A stretch of 64,000 nucleotides of DNA from Bacteroidia bacterium (lineage in GTDB: Bacteria > Bacteroidota > Bacteroidia > 2-12-FULL-35-15), in NCBI GenBank assembly GCA_020051175.1, contig JAGVJJ010000040.1, forward strand, positions 22,175 to 86,174. Direction: 5' to 3'. The notes beneath the pieces were generated by a model. The model had not been told where the DNA came from and searched no databases. It worked only from the letters and a program-made list of their open reading frames with translations. Positions 1 through 9,548 of the stretch are shown here, in pieces. How positions within the stretch are numbered: position 1 is the first letter of the stretch; every line of letters starts with the position of its first letter. The translations under genes and the position numbers were made by a program.

Positions 1-464
1 TCAATGGTTGGTATATTGGCTGCAACATCAGTTGTAAAGTCTTCCATGGAATTTCCAAGTCCAAGAATAAACTGGTTTCCAAGGTAAGAGGCATGGCAGG
101 TAAGGCAGTTAGGTGCAACTACTTTAACACCATTAAATGCATCTACTTCTGTATAGTTATATGGAATGGTGGCATTTACTCCTGTTCTTCCCAATTCATT
201 GGTGTTGGACGAATACGGAAACTGTGGGGTAGGGATACCTGCGTAAGCAAAGTTCCCGTTCTTTATGAAGTCTTCTCCCAAGGCAGCGTTCCCGTTACTG
301 CGTTGTGTGCTCGGCTCCACATAGCTGGTTCCTGCAGGAAGGGTATTGGACGGGGTTGATGGAGCGGGTGTTTCAGGGGCAGCTTCCTCCTTTTTGCAGG
401 AATGAATAACAATGATTGCAATTGCAATAAAAAGAAAACTGTATACTGTTTTGTTGCGTTTCAT
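1..464 (-). CDS. c-type cytochrome family lipoprotein; 5' portion only, gene runs off the window edge
   Basis: Minus-strand ATG at 462-464, open to the window start. Translation MKRNKTVYSFLFIAIAIIVIHSCKKEE has a lipoprotein-type signal ending in Cys. A single CxxCH heme-binding motif (NCLTCHASY) follows. Absent from the ORF track because no stop codon lies in the window. Confidence 0.5.
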   Translation of the reverse strand, partial: MKRNKTVYSFLFIAIAIIVIHSCKKEEAAPETPAPSTPSNTLPAGTSYVEPSTQRSNGNAALGEDFIKNGNFAYAGIPTPQFPYSSNTNELGRTGVNATIPYNYTEVDAFNGVKVVAPNCLTCHASYLGNQFILGLGNSMEDFTTDVAANIPTI

Positions 465-555
465 GAGTTTAAAAAATTTAATGGAAGGTAAAAATACAAC
501 TAATACATACTCAAGTCAAGTCCCAGGGTAAGGCAGAAATAAAAGAATACAAAAG

Positions 556-912
556 TTATTCCGGTTGTTCTGGCCTTACCTTGGCTGACAGGTGTTTGGG
601 AGCAACCTGGCAGTATGCTGTTTTTAATGCGTCTGTTAATATGTCTTTGCGTACCTTTTTAAGCTCAATGTAAGTCCATCCCTGCTTGCCCCATTTGTTG
701 GGAACAGCATAGATGGTGGCACTGTCGAATGCAGTAAAAACGCTTTGGTCAATTTCCGATAATTTAATACAAGCCATGTTTGATTTTATATCCAGTGTTG
801 CAAATATTTTTTTCGCTACTCTGAACGATGTCTTTTCAAAGTGTGGAAGCTCTGTGGCTTCGGGTAATGATAATGCGAGTTTTCTGAACGTGTTTATACT
901 AATCATGCACAA
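556..912 (-). CDS. MmcQ/YjbR family DNA-binding protein
   Basis: 118 aa. The LPEATELPHFEKTSFRVAKKIFATL pattern and the length are typical of YjbR/MmcQ proteins. Confidence 0.65.
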   Translation of the reverse strand: MCMISINTFRKLALSLPEATELPHFEKTSFRVAKKIFATLDIKSNMACIKLSEIDQSVFTAFDSATIYAVPNKWGKQGWTYIELKKVRKDILTDALKTAYCQVAPKHLSAKVRPEQPE

Positions 913-1065
913 GAGGTATTTAATCTTGTAAAGTTAAACAAACTCTGCATACACCTATAAGTGCCGATATTCAAATCTTATGTTACAGATGGGTTGTTTT
1001 TGTGTTTCAATATTTTTTTCAAATAAAAAAATAATATATATTCGTATAACCCAAAACTTAACACC

Positions 1066-1530
1066 ATGCAATTAAAAGAAATAAGTCAATTAGTTGAAAC
1101 AAGTATAGCTGGTTTAAAATTAGACGTTTCTACCAGTCGCGGAGCCAAAGACGGTCAATGGTCGCTCAAAATAAAGGATGCATCTGTATGGATAGATGCA
1201 TTTGATTTTCCCAATAATCCAGGCAGGTTTTACCTTCAGGTGATGAGTCCGTTATGTGCAGTTCCGGATAAAAAGGCAGATGAATTTGCATGGGATTTGC
1301 TAGAGATCAACTACAACCTGTATGGCTGTGCGATGTGTAAAAAAGAAGGATGGCTATATGTTTTGAGCCTGCGTGAAGCCGCGGGTCTTGACCAATCAGA
1401 AGTGGATGCTATTATTGACAGGGTTTCGTTTTATAGCACAGACTATTACAGCAAACTGAGCTTTAAATACCAGGGGTGCTGGCTTCCCAAACCTCCTGCT
1501 TCGGGAAAGGCCCCTGGGTCGCCACAATAA
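1066..1530 (+). CDS. hypothetical protein, possibly YbjN-like
   Basis: 154-aa ORF with its own AT-rich upstream region. No motif I can assign with certainty. Confidence 0.4.
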   Translation: MQLKEISQLVETSIAGLKLDVSTSRGAKDGQWSLKIKDASVWIDAFDFPNNPGRFYLQVMSPLCAVPDKKADEFAWDLLEINYNLYGCAMCKKEGWLYVLSLREAAGLDQSEVDAIIDRVSFYSTDYYSKLSFKYQGCWLPKPPASGKAPGSPQ

Positions 1531-1629
1531 TTAAGAAGTAAAAAAATTTAAAGGTAAAAGTCAAAAATCAGTGATACAAAACAGCTGATTTTTGACTTTT
1601 GCATTTTACCGTTGCGTAAAAAATCACAG

Positions 1630-2499
1630 CTACAGCTGCTCCTTTTTGCTCATTGAGTTTACTAAAAACCCAAATGCTGCAGCAGTAAAGAACATGATAA
1701 GGCTGTATATTGCAGGCGGTATGCTCATGGTGCTGTTCCCCAAAAGTGTAAGCGCAATATAAATGGCAAGTGTTCCATTGTGGATTCCTATTTCCATTCC
1801 AATAGCAATCGCCTGCTTTTTATTGATCCGGAAAAGCAACGGTACAAAATAACCTACAGCCATGCTCAAAACATTAAAAGCAAGGGCCGCAAGTCCAACC
1901 TCTTTAAAATAGGTTACAATGTTGTGTTTTTCTTTTAGAACGGCAAGAACAATTATAAGTACAAGAAATAATGCCGATAATATTTTAACCGGCTTGTCGA
2001 GCTTTAAAGAAAGAGACGGGGATTTTGAGCGTATCAGCATTCCGATAGAAACCGGTATAATAACAATGACACATACTTCCAGGATCTTGCCGAACTGCAT
2101 GGTAACGGCCTGATCCGATTGCATAAAATGGGCGATGGCAAAATTTACAATTAGTGGAAGAGTGAATAATGACAATACACTGTTTACTGCGGTAAGCGTA
2201 ACATTGAGCGCTACATCACCCTTTGCAAGGTGACTGTAAAGATTGGCTGTAGCTCCGCCCGGTGCTGCCGCAAGAAGCATAAGTCCTACAGAAAGTTCTG
2301 GTGTAAGGCCAAATCCTGTGGCAATAAGAAAACAAACAACAGGTAGAATAAGCATCTGGCAAACTAACCCGATAATAACCGCTTTGGGGTAAACAACAAT
2401 GCGCCTGAAATCATCGATGGTAAGCGTAAGTCCAAGACCCATCATTATAATGCCAATAGCAAGTGGCAACATCACTACTGTAAGAACATTTGTTTCCAT
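1630..2499 (-). CDS. bile acid:sodium symporter (BASS) family transporter
   Basis: 289 aa, polytopic. The N-terminal segment LPLAIGIIMMGLGLTLTIDDF and the PGGATANLYS motif are typical of the SBF/BASS family. Confidence 0.75.
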   Translation of the reverse strand: METNVLTVVMLPLAIGIIMMGLGLTLTIDDFRRIVVYPKAVIIGLVCQMLILPVVCFLIATGFGLTPELSVGLMLLAAAPGGATANLYSHLAKGDVALNVTLTAVNSVLSLFTLPLIVNFAIAHFMQSDQAVTMQFGKILEVCVIVIIPVSIGMLIRSKSPSLSLKLDKPVKILSALFLVLIIVLAVLKEKHNIVTYFKEVGLAALAFNVLSMAVGYFVPLLFRINKKQAIAIGMEIGIHNGTLAIYIALTLLGNSTMSIPPAIYSLIMFFTAAAFGFLVNSMSKKEQL

Positions 2500-2702
2500 A
2501 ATTTTGAGGGTAAAGTTTTTTAAAAATTAAAACATAACAGAGTCACAATTAGGTACTTATAAGCTGCAAAATACAAATTAATCAGACGTGAAACTAAAAT
2601 TAACATATTTTCTAAAGACCCCGGTCTAAACCTCCTGATTAATCAAATTAAATTCTGTAACTTTGTATGAACAACTCTATTAAAATAAAGGAAAACAGGG
2701 AC

Positions 2703-3053
2703 ATGCAAATAGAAGTTTTAAAATCTAAAATTCATCGTGTAAGGGTTACTCAGGCTGATTTGGATTACATCGGCAGTGTAACTATTGATGAAAACCTGAT
2801 GGATGCAGCCAACCTGATTGAAAACGAAAAAGTAGACATTTTCAATTACAACAATGGCGAACGTTTTACGACATACGTGATAAAAGGTGAGAGGGGATCC
2901 GGTGTAATTTGTCTCAATGGTCCCGCATCTCTTAAAGTGAAAGAGGGACATGAAATTATTATTGTGTCGTACGCTTCCATGGATTTTGAACTGGCTAAAA
3001 CATTCAAACCATCAGTAGTTTTTCCGGATAGCAAAACCAATCAATTACGATAA
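2703..3053 (+). CDS. panD: aspartate 1-decarboxylase
   Basis: [32 protein letters not shown] matches the PanD N-terminus, including the GS processing site. The track ORF starts at 2667; the internal Met at 2703 aligns with PanD orthologs. Confidence 0.9.
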   Translation: MQIEVLKSKIHRVRVTQADLDYIGSVTIDENLMDAANLIENEKVDIFNYNNGERFTTYVIKGERGSGVICLNGPASLKVKEGHEIIIVSYASMDFELAKTFKPSVVFPDSKTNQLR

Positions 3054-3055
3054 CC

Positions 3056-4075
3056 TTGAAAAGCTGGCTAAAAAGTACGTTACAATTCTTATTCTTTTTA
3101 GGAATTGGGATTTTATTGGTTTGGCTTGCTTTGCGTGGTCTTACGGAAGATGAGAAGGAAAAGATTTCAAAAGCTTTTGATGAAGCCGATTATTTTTGGA
3201 TCATTTTTCCAACCCTATTGAGTGGATTAAGTCATTTTCTCAGAGCTGCCCGCTGGAAGCTTCTTATCCAGCCACTTGGCTATAATCCGAAACTGTATAA
3301 TACATTTTTTGCTTTAATGGTGGGATATATGGCAAATCTGGCTATTCCACGCTTAGGAGAAGTTTCCCGGTGCGGAATCCTTACCAAATACGAAAAAATA
3401 CCTTTTGCCGAATCATTTGGAACTGTAATAGCGGAACGTGCTATTGATTTGCTTTGTCTGATACTTATTTTTTTAGGTACACTTGTGTTTGAATTTGAAA
3501 AACTATGGGGGCTTACCAATGAGCGGATATTAAATCCTTTGAACGAAAAGCTGACAGCATTGAGCCAAAACAGTGCGTTTCTGTGGATCGCCTTGATTGT
3601 TCTGTTGTTGATCGCAGGAGGTTTGATTTTTATTTTTAGAAAAGGCAAGGGCACATTTCTAAAAAAAATAAAAGAGCTTGCATTAGGTTTTTGGGGTGGG
3701 TTGAAATCGGTAAAAAACATTAAACGCCCCTATTTATTTGTGCTTCATACAGTGCTTATCTGGTTTTTATATATCTATGTATTATACCTCTCATTCAGCT
3801 GTTTTGAGGAACTGTCTGTATTAGGCTTTGGTGCAGCACTTGCAGCCATGTTATTCGGAAGTCTTGGAATTATCTTTGTACCCGGTGGTACCGGTGCTTA
3901 TCAGGTTTTGGTAACTCAAACACTTAATGTTGGCTATAAAGCATCATTCCCTTTTGCTGTTGCCTTTTCCTGGCTTATCTGGTCGGCACAGTTCATCTTT
4001 TTATTATTGGTTGGTTTAATTTCACTGATTTTGTTGCCTATCCTCAACAAAGAAGCTGTAGCCAAACAGGAATAG
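3056..4075 (+). CDS. lysylphosphatidylglycerol-synthase-TM-domain (UPF0104, flippase-like) membrane protein
   Basis: 339 aa, polytopic. The LRAARWKLL...LGEVSRCGILTKY pattern matches LPG_synthase_TM. Bacteroidota commonly pair this gene with panD. TTG start taken from the track, so the exact start is uncertain. Confidence 0.65.
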   Translation: MKSWLKSTLQFLFFLGIGILLVWLALRGLTEDEKEKISKAFDEADYFWIIFPTLLSGLSHFLRAARWKLLIQPLGYNPKLYNTFFALMVGYMANLAIPRLGEVSRCGILTKYEKIPFAESFGTVIAERAIDLLCLILIFLGTLVFEFEKLWGLTNERILNPLNEKLTALSQNSAFLWIALIVLLLIAGGLIFIFRKGKGTFLKKIKELALGFWGGLKSVKNIKRPYLFVLHTVLIWFLYIYVLYLSFSCFEELSVLGFGAALAAMLFGSLGIIFVPGGTGAYQVLVTQTLNVGYKASFPFAVAFSWLIWSAQFIFLLLVGLISLILLPILNKEAVAKQE

Positions 4076-4116
4076 CTGAATCATTTTAATAGATTTCAAA
4101 AAACAAAAATTTATAT

Positions 4117-4662
4117 ATGGTACCATATGTACATAAATTACCGGCTCTAGAAGTAGTTAAATCAAAAATATACGATAGGGAGCCATTGTCAAAGCTGCTT
4201 GCAACCTGGCGCTTTAAAGATCAGAAAATTGTATTTACGAATGGTTGCTTTGATATCCTGCACCGCGGACATATTGATTATCTTGCAAAAGCGGCAGATG
4301 CAGGCGGAAAACTTGTGGTTGGGGTTAATACAGATGCTTCTGTAAAACAACAAAATAAAGGTGCTTCACGTCCGTTACAGGATGAACAGACCCGGGCACT
4401 GATGCTAGCGTCATTGCATTTTGTGGATGCCGTTATTTTATTTGATGATAAAACTCCTGAAAATCTGATTTCTTTTATCCAGCCGGATGTACTGGTAAAA
4501 GGTGCAGACTATGATGCCAATGAAACCGATCCTGCCGGCAAAAAATACATTGTAGGGTCAGATAAAGTAAGAGCGCGTGGTGGTGAGGTCAGAACAATAG
4601 AATTCCTCGAAGGTTTTTCTACAACAGCAATCGAGAACAAAATTAAGAGCCCTTCGTTTTAA
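4117..4662 (+). CDS. rfaE2: D-glycero-beta-D-manno-heptose 1-phosphate adenylyltransferase (RfaE domain II-like cytidylyltransferase)
   Basis: FTNGCFDILHRGHIDYL contains the HxGH nucleotidyltransferase motif. VVGVNTDASV follows. The C-terminal half matches RfaE/HldE. Confidence 0.8.
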   Translation: MVPYVHKLPALEVVKSKIYDREPLSKLLATWRFKDQKIVFTNGCFDILHRGHIDYLAKAADAGGKLVVGVNTDASVKQQNKGASRPLQDEQTRALMLASLHFVDAVILFDDKTPENLISFIQPDVLVKGADYDANETDPAGKKYIVGSDKVRARGGEVRTIEFLEGFSTTAIENKIKSPSF

Positions 4663-4677
4663 GCAGGCAACTGTGTT

Positions 4678-6051
4678 ATGGCCAAAACAAAAACAACCTA
4701 TTTCTGTCAGAGTTGCGGAGCACAGTCTGCCAAATGGATTGGCCGTTGCCCTTCCTGCAATGAGTGGAACACCTATGTTGAAGAAGTTGTGTCGCGTGGC
4801 GATGATGCGAAAACCCCGGGTATTTTAAGCGCGAGCACACAGCGTGCACCAAAGCCTCAATTGGTAAATGAAATAAGCCTGTCCGAGCAGCACCGGATCA
4901 AAGTGTATGATACGGAACTTGCAAGGGTGCTGGGTGGCGGACTGGTTCCGGGTTCTTTAATATTGTTTGGAGGAGAGCCCGGTATTGGTAAATCTACTCT
5001 CATGCTCCAGGTGGCGCTGAACATGAAAAACCTGAAAGTGCTTTATATTTCAGGTGAAGAGAGTGAGCAGCAGATACGTATGCGCGCAGAGCGCATTGGT
5101 ATAAATAATCCGAGCTGCTATATACTTACTGAAACAGGTACACAGAATATTTTTAAGCAGATAGAGCAGTTGGAGCCCAACCTGCTGATTGTTGATTCCA
5201 TTCAAACACTTCATTCTGCTCATATAGAATCATCGCCTGGCAGTGTTTCACAAATCCGCGAATGTACACTGGAGCTGATGCGTTATGCGAAAGAGAGCGG
5301 TACAGCAGTTTTTTTAATAGGCCATATTACAAAGGATGGAAGCCTGGCTGGCCCGAAGGTGCTTGAGCACATGGTAGATACGGTGCTGCAGTTCGAGGGC
5401 GACAGAAACCATGTTTATCGCCTGTTGCGTACAACAAAAAACCGCTTTGGTTCTACAAATGAATTGGGCATTTATGAAATGCAGGGCAGCGGACTGCGTG
5501 AAGTAACAAACCCTTCTGAGATATTGATAACGGCACGCGAAGAGCTGGTAAGCGGTGTAGCAATTGCCGCAACAATGGAGGGTTTGCGTCCTATGCTTAT
5601 TGAAACACAGGCGCTGGTGAGCAGTGCTGCATACGGCACACCACAGCGCTCCTCTACTGGTTTTGATTTACGAAGGCTTGCAATGCTTCTTGCAGTACTT
5701 GAGAAACGCTGCGGATTCCGCTTAGGTGTAAAAGATGTGTTTTTAAATATTGCCGGAGGTATTAAAGTGGAAGATCCGGGAATTGATCTTGCGCTTGTAT
5801 GTGCCGTGCTTTCAAGCAATGAAGATATGCCAATATCTCCTAAAGTGTGTTTTGCAGGTGAGGTTGGCCTTAGCGGTGAAATACGCCCCGTAAACCGTAT
5901 TGATCAACGCATATCCGAAGCACAAAAACTGGGCTTTGAGCATATTTTTATTTCCAAGTACAACAAAAAAGGTTTGGATGTAAAGGCCTACGATATTAAA
6001 ATAACCATGGTGGGTAAAATTGAAGAGGTATTCAGGCTGCTGTTCGGCTAA
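4678..6051 (+). CDS. radA: DNA repair protein RadA
   Basis: N-terminal C4 zinc ribbon (CQSCGAQSAKWIGRCPSCNEW). Walker A motif GEPGIGKST. KNRFG motif. C-terminal Lon-like domain. Confidence 0.95.
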   Translation: MAKTKTTYFCQSCGAQSAKWIGRCPSCNEWNTYVEEVVSRGDDAKTPGILSASTQRAPKPQLVNEISLSEQHRIKVYDTELARVLGGGLVPGSLILFGGEPGIGKSTLMLQVALNMKNLKVLYISGEESEQQIRMRAERIGINNPSCYILTETGTQNIFKQIEQLEPNLLIVDSIQTLHSAHIESSPGSVSQIRECTLELMRYAKESGTAVFLIGHITKDGSLAGPKVLEHMVDTVLQFEGDRNHVYRLLRTTKNRFGSTNELGIYEMQGSGLREVTNPSEILITAREELVSGVAIAATMEGLRPMLIETQALVSSAAYGTPQRSSTGFDLRRLAMLLAVLEKRCGFRLGVKDVFLNIAGGIKVEDPGIDLALVCAVLSSNEDMPISPKVCFAGEVGLSGEIRPVNRIDQRISEAQKLGFEHIFISKYNKKGLDVKAYDIKITMVGKIEEVFRLLFG

Positions 6052-6254
6052 AATTTCACTCATTAACATCTCGCTTAAACCCGAATGTTCTCTTGTTAAT
6101 CCTGGGAAAACCGTGGTTCGTCTCCAAAAATGTTTCGGTTGATTCATTAGCAGAAACAATTCGCTGCTCCACAACTTTTATTCATCGGGCTTTTAGTAAA
6201 TAGTTTTTACCTTTGCACCACTTTTAAACCTATTCAATAATCTTATTTTATAAT

Positions 6255-7115
6255 ATGAAAACAACACAATTAACAACACTTGCTGGAGCTGCTCTGTTCG
6301 GGCTACTTACTTTAACTGCGAATGCACAACAGCTGAAAGTTCCTGCACCAAGCCCAACTCAAACACTGGAGCAGAATTTCGCATTATCCAGTATTAAAAT
6401 TGAATACTCACGTCCGAGCGCTAAAGGCCGCGTAATCTTTGGCGATTTGGTGCCATTTGGAAAAATATGGCGTACAGGGGCAAATTCGTCAACTAAAATA
6501 ACATTTGGAGAAGATGTTAAAGTTGAGGGCAATGCACTTGCTGCCGGAACCTATGCGTTATACACCATTCCCAATAAAGATAGCTGGGAAATACTGTTTT
6601 ATAAGGACTTGAAGCTGGGTGGCAATGTTGCGGAATATAAAGCCGAAAATGAAGTGTTACGTGTAAAAGTGAAACCTTCAGCTTATGGCGCCAAGGTGGA
6701 AACCTTTACCATTAATGTTGCAGATATTGCTGCAAGTGCTGCAAACGTTGAATTGATTTGGGAAAATACACGTGTGGTATTTAATGTAGTTGCTGACATT
6801 GACAGCAAAATCATGAAGAACATAGAAAGCAGCCTGGCTGCGGACAGCAGGCCGTATTTCCAGGCGGCAGGTTATTATTATGATAATGATAAAGACCTGA
6901 ATAAGGCGCTGGAGTGGGCAAACAAAGCAATTGAACAAAACCCGAAAGCGTTCTACATGGTTCACCTGAAGGCGAAGATACAATTGAAGTTAAAAGACTA
7001 CAAAGGTGCAATTGCTACTGCCGAGCAGTCTATAGCGCTTGCTAGGGAAGCTAAGAACGATGATTACGTTGCGATGAATCAGAAACTAATAGCGGAAGCT
7101 CAGAAAGGTAAATAG
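6255..7115 (+). CDS. DUF2911 domain-containing secreted protein
   Basis: Signal peptide present. VIFGDLVPFGKIWRTGANSSTKITF matches the DUF2911 signature. C-terminal TPR-like helical region. Confidence 0.65.
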   Translation: MKTTQLTTLAGAALFGLLTLTANAQQLKVPAPSPTQTLEQNFALSSIKIEYSRPSAKGRVIFGDLVPFGKIWRTGANSSTKITFGEDVKVEGNALAAGTYALYTIPNKDSWEILFYKDLKLGGNVAEYKAENEVLRVKVKPSAYGAKVETFTINVADIAASAANVELIWENTRVVFNVVADIDSKIMKNIESSLAADSRPYFQAAGYYYDNDKDLNKALEWANKAIEQNPKAFYMVHLKAKIQLKLKDYKGAIATAEQSIALAREAKNDDYVAMNQKLIAEAQKGK

Positions 7116-7130
7116 AGAAGTGTTTCTAAA

Positions 7131-7166
7131 AGAAAAGCCCGGCAGTTGTATAACTACCGGGCTTTT
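7131..7166. terminator. bidirectional rho-independent terminator hairpin (GCCCGG-cagttgtataacta-CCGGGC plus T-run)
   Basis: Perfect 6-bp GC stem with a 14-nt loop. T-run on the plus strand and A-run upstream serve the convergent DUF2911 and response-regulator genes. Nearly identical to the hairpin at 36046-36085. Confidence 0.6.
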
Positions 7167-7179
7167 CTTATTTAGAATT

Positions 7180-7590
7180 TTAGTTGTCGGAGAAATGCTT
7201 TTCAAGGATTTCTTTGAGCATTTCTTCCGTAAGCGGCTTTACCTGGTAACCATTTACTTCCGCAGTATGCCTGGCTTTTTCCAGGTCGCTAGGGTGTGCA
7301 GAAGTGGTAAGCATTACAATTACTGTTTTTGATTTTTGCTTGGGATCAAGGTGCTTGTATTTTTCAAGGAATTCCCATCCGTTCATCCGTGGCATGTTTA
7401 TGTCCAGGAAAATCAGGTCCGGGGCCGGTTGGTTTTCTTTTGTGAGATAATCCAGCGCTTCAACTCCATCGGTGGCGACATGGATATGCTCGGTTATATT
7501 CATTTGCTTTATCACTATCTGGTGAAAATAATTGTCAGCATTATTATCATCAATAAGCAGGATGCAATTCAATTTTTTTTTCATAAACAT
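7180..7590 (-). CDS. response regulator, stand-alone CheY-like receiver
   Basis: ILLIDDN...DLIFLDINMP...VIVMLTTS contains the conserved receiver residues D/D/T/K. Confidence 0.85.
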   Translation of the reverse strand: MFMKKKLNCILLIDDNNADNYFHQIVIKQMNITEHIHVATDGVEALDYLTKENQPAPDLIFLDINMPRMNGWEFLEKYKHLDPKQKSKTVIVMLTTSAHPSDLEKARHTAEVNGYQVKPLTEEMLKEILEKHFSDN

Positions 7591-7592
7591 AG

Positions 7593-9170
7593 TTATTGAG
7601 GTATTGTAAAATAAAATGTGGTTCCTTCACCAGGTGTGGAATCAATCCATATTTTTCCACCGTGCAGCTCTACAATTTTTTTGCATTGCACCAAGCCTAT
7701 TCCTGTTCCGGGATAAGCCTCTTTGCTGTGCAGGCGCTGAAACAGAACGAAAAGTTTTTTGTAATATTTTTCTTCAATTCCAATCCCATTGTCCTTCACT
7801 GAAAAGAGCCACTCTCTGTTGTTCTTCTTAGCTGTAATATGTATTATTGGATGTGCATGTTTTTTCTGAAATTTTATAGCGTTGCTGATAAGGTTTTGAA
7901 AAAGAGATTTTATTTCAGACGGATACCCTTTAATGGTTGGCAATTTTTCAGAATGTATCTCAGCTCCGCTTTCGGTGATTGTATTAGACAAATCATTTAA
8001 TACCTCTGTTACGGTTTCATTACAATCGACTGAAACTTTATCAAGATCCGTCCTTCCAATTCTTGAATAATCCAGCAAATCACGGATGAGTGCTTCCATA
8101 CGCTTTGTAGATGCCAGGATAAAATTAAGATATTCATTGGCACGCTGATCAAGTCTGCCCTCGTATTGACTCTGGAACAAGCTGGCAAAGTTGGAAATTG
8201 TTCTCAACGGTTCGCGCAAATCGTGAGAGGCTACATAAGCAAACTGTTCAAGCTCGTTGTTTGTTTTTCTCAACTCTTCCGTTCTTTCCACAACCTTTGT
8301 TTCCAATAAAGCATTCACATCTTTTATCTCCTGTTCCGCCTGCTTTTTATCGGTTATATCACGAGAAATGAAAATAACGTTGTCTACTTCCCCATCGCTG
8401 CCAAATATGGGGCTGATTGAACTTGAGAAGTACATCCTTTTGCCATCCAGCATATATTCGGTTTCGTACATGTGAGGCACCTTGTTTTTGAAAACAATGT
8501 CCAGCGCATTCTTTAAAACATCTACATTTTCTGGTGGCTGGAAGTCAAAGAGCGATTTGCCGATAACCTCATTTTCTTTATATCCGCCAGTTAAACGATT
8601 GATCATGATGATGGAAAATTTTTTGTCCACCAGCATTATGTGATCTGCAGAGTTTTCAAAAATAGCACGGAAGCGCTCTTCCTTGGCCTTTATAATGTTG
8701 TTTTTCTCTGTGAAATATGCTTCAGCAATGCCATACATTGCGAAATCTATAAATTTATTGAGACCATCCAGGAACGTGATTACCCTTTCCGATTCAGGAA
8801 AATCTTTCTTAATATGAGGGATTAGATGATCTTTGTATATTTTGATTACGCTATACCAGTCCACATAAGTGATGTTCATCCTCGCATACATAATGCCCTG
8901 CGTCAAAAGATCATTGGCATATTCTTCCCATTTTCCTTCAAAAATAGCCTGTCTCTGAAGTTCCTGTGAACGGTCGTTTTGCTCTTTTTGCTGTTCTTCG
9001 GTCTGCATTTTTAAAATTGGTCCGAAAACAGGGTGTTCCAAAAGCTCATCCCTTAGCTCCTCATTTATTCTGTCAAAATAACGTTTGTTAAATTCAAAAT
9101 AATATTTCAGTGTTTCAATGTCTTTTTCACTGAAATTAGGTAATGTAAGTGGTCTGTTTATAGTATGCAT
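7593..9170 (-). CDS. PAS domain-containing sensor histidine kinase
   Basis: HisKA H-box VASHDLREPLRTI. HATPase N/G boxes NLISNAIKF and GTGIGL. PAS region upstream. 3 bp upstream of the receiver gene, so likely co-transcribed. Confidence 0.85.
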   Translation of the reverse strand: MHTINRPLTLPNFSEKDIETLKYYFEFNKRYFDRINEELRDELLEHPVFGPILKMQTEEQQKEQNDRSQELQRQAIFEGKWEEYANDLLTQGIMYARMNITYVDWYSVIKIYKDHLIPHIKKDFPESERVITFLDGLNKFIDFAMYGIAEAYFTEKNNIIKAKEERFRAIFENSADHIMLVDKKFSIIMINRLTGGYKENEVIGKSLFDFQPPENVDVLKNALDIVFKNKVPHMYETEYMLDGKRMYFSSSISPIFGSDGEVDNVIFISRDITDKKQAEQEIKDVNALLETKVVERTEELRKTNNELEQFAYVASHDLREPLRTISNFASLFQSQYEGRLDQRANEYLNFILASTKRMEALIRDLLDYSRIGRTDLDKVSVDCNETVTEVLNDLSNTITESGAEIHSEKLPTIKGYPSEIKSLFQNLISNAIKFQKKHAHPIIHITAKKNNREWLFSVKDNGIGIEEKYYKKLFVLFQRLHSKEAYPGTGIGLVQCKKIVELHGGKIWIDSTPGEGTTFYFTIPQ

Positions 9171-9548
9171 ATTTTTTTTTCGTATTTATGAATCATCCTA
9201 TTTTCTGCTGTAAATAGTATGTGCATAGTTGGACCTTGATTGACTGGCTCTAAAAGACAGTTGGTTTAACCAATAATAAAGATAGCGTTTTAAATCAAGT
9301 TTTTAAAATCACGGTTAAAAAATAAAAAGCTGGTTATGCGCTTATGCTGCACAGTTGATTTGCAATCTGCGGATACAGGGGTTACCACTCAAAGATCAAG
9401 AGATGTACCTGGACAATTTTATAAAAAACAGGATGGGTAAAATGGAGCGGATAAACGATGTATTGATAATCGGTATAAGGTAGTGATAATTATTGCAGGT
9501 CCTGAATGCCTGTGTTCATTTAAGACCTGCAATAATTTATATTATCCT

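Noticed and set aside
93-359. 88-aa plus-strand ORF at the window start
   Set aside because: Antisense to the partial cytochrome-c lipoprotein gene, which has a signal peptide and a CxxCH motif. No support.
7120-7599. Small plus-strand ORFs (70 and 87 aa) over the response-regulator gene
   Set aside because: Antisense to a canonical receiver domain. The first also spans the terminator hairpin.
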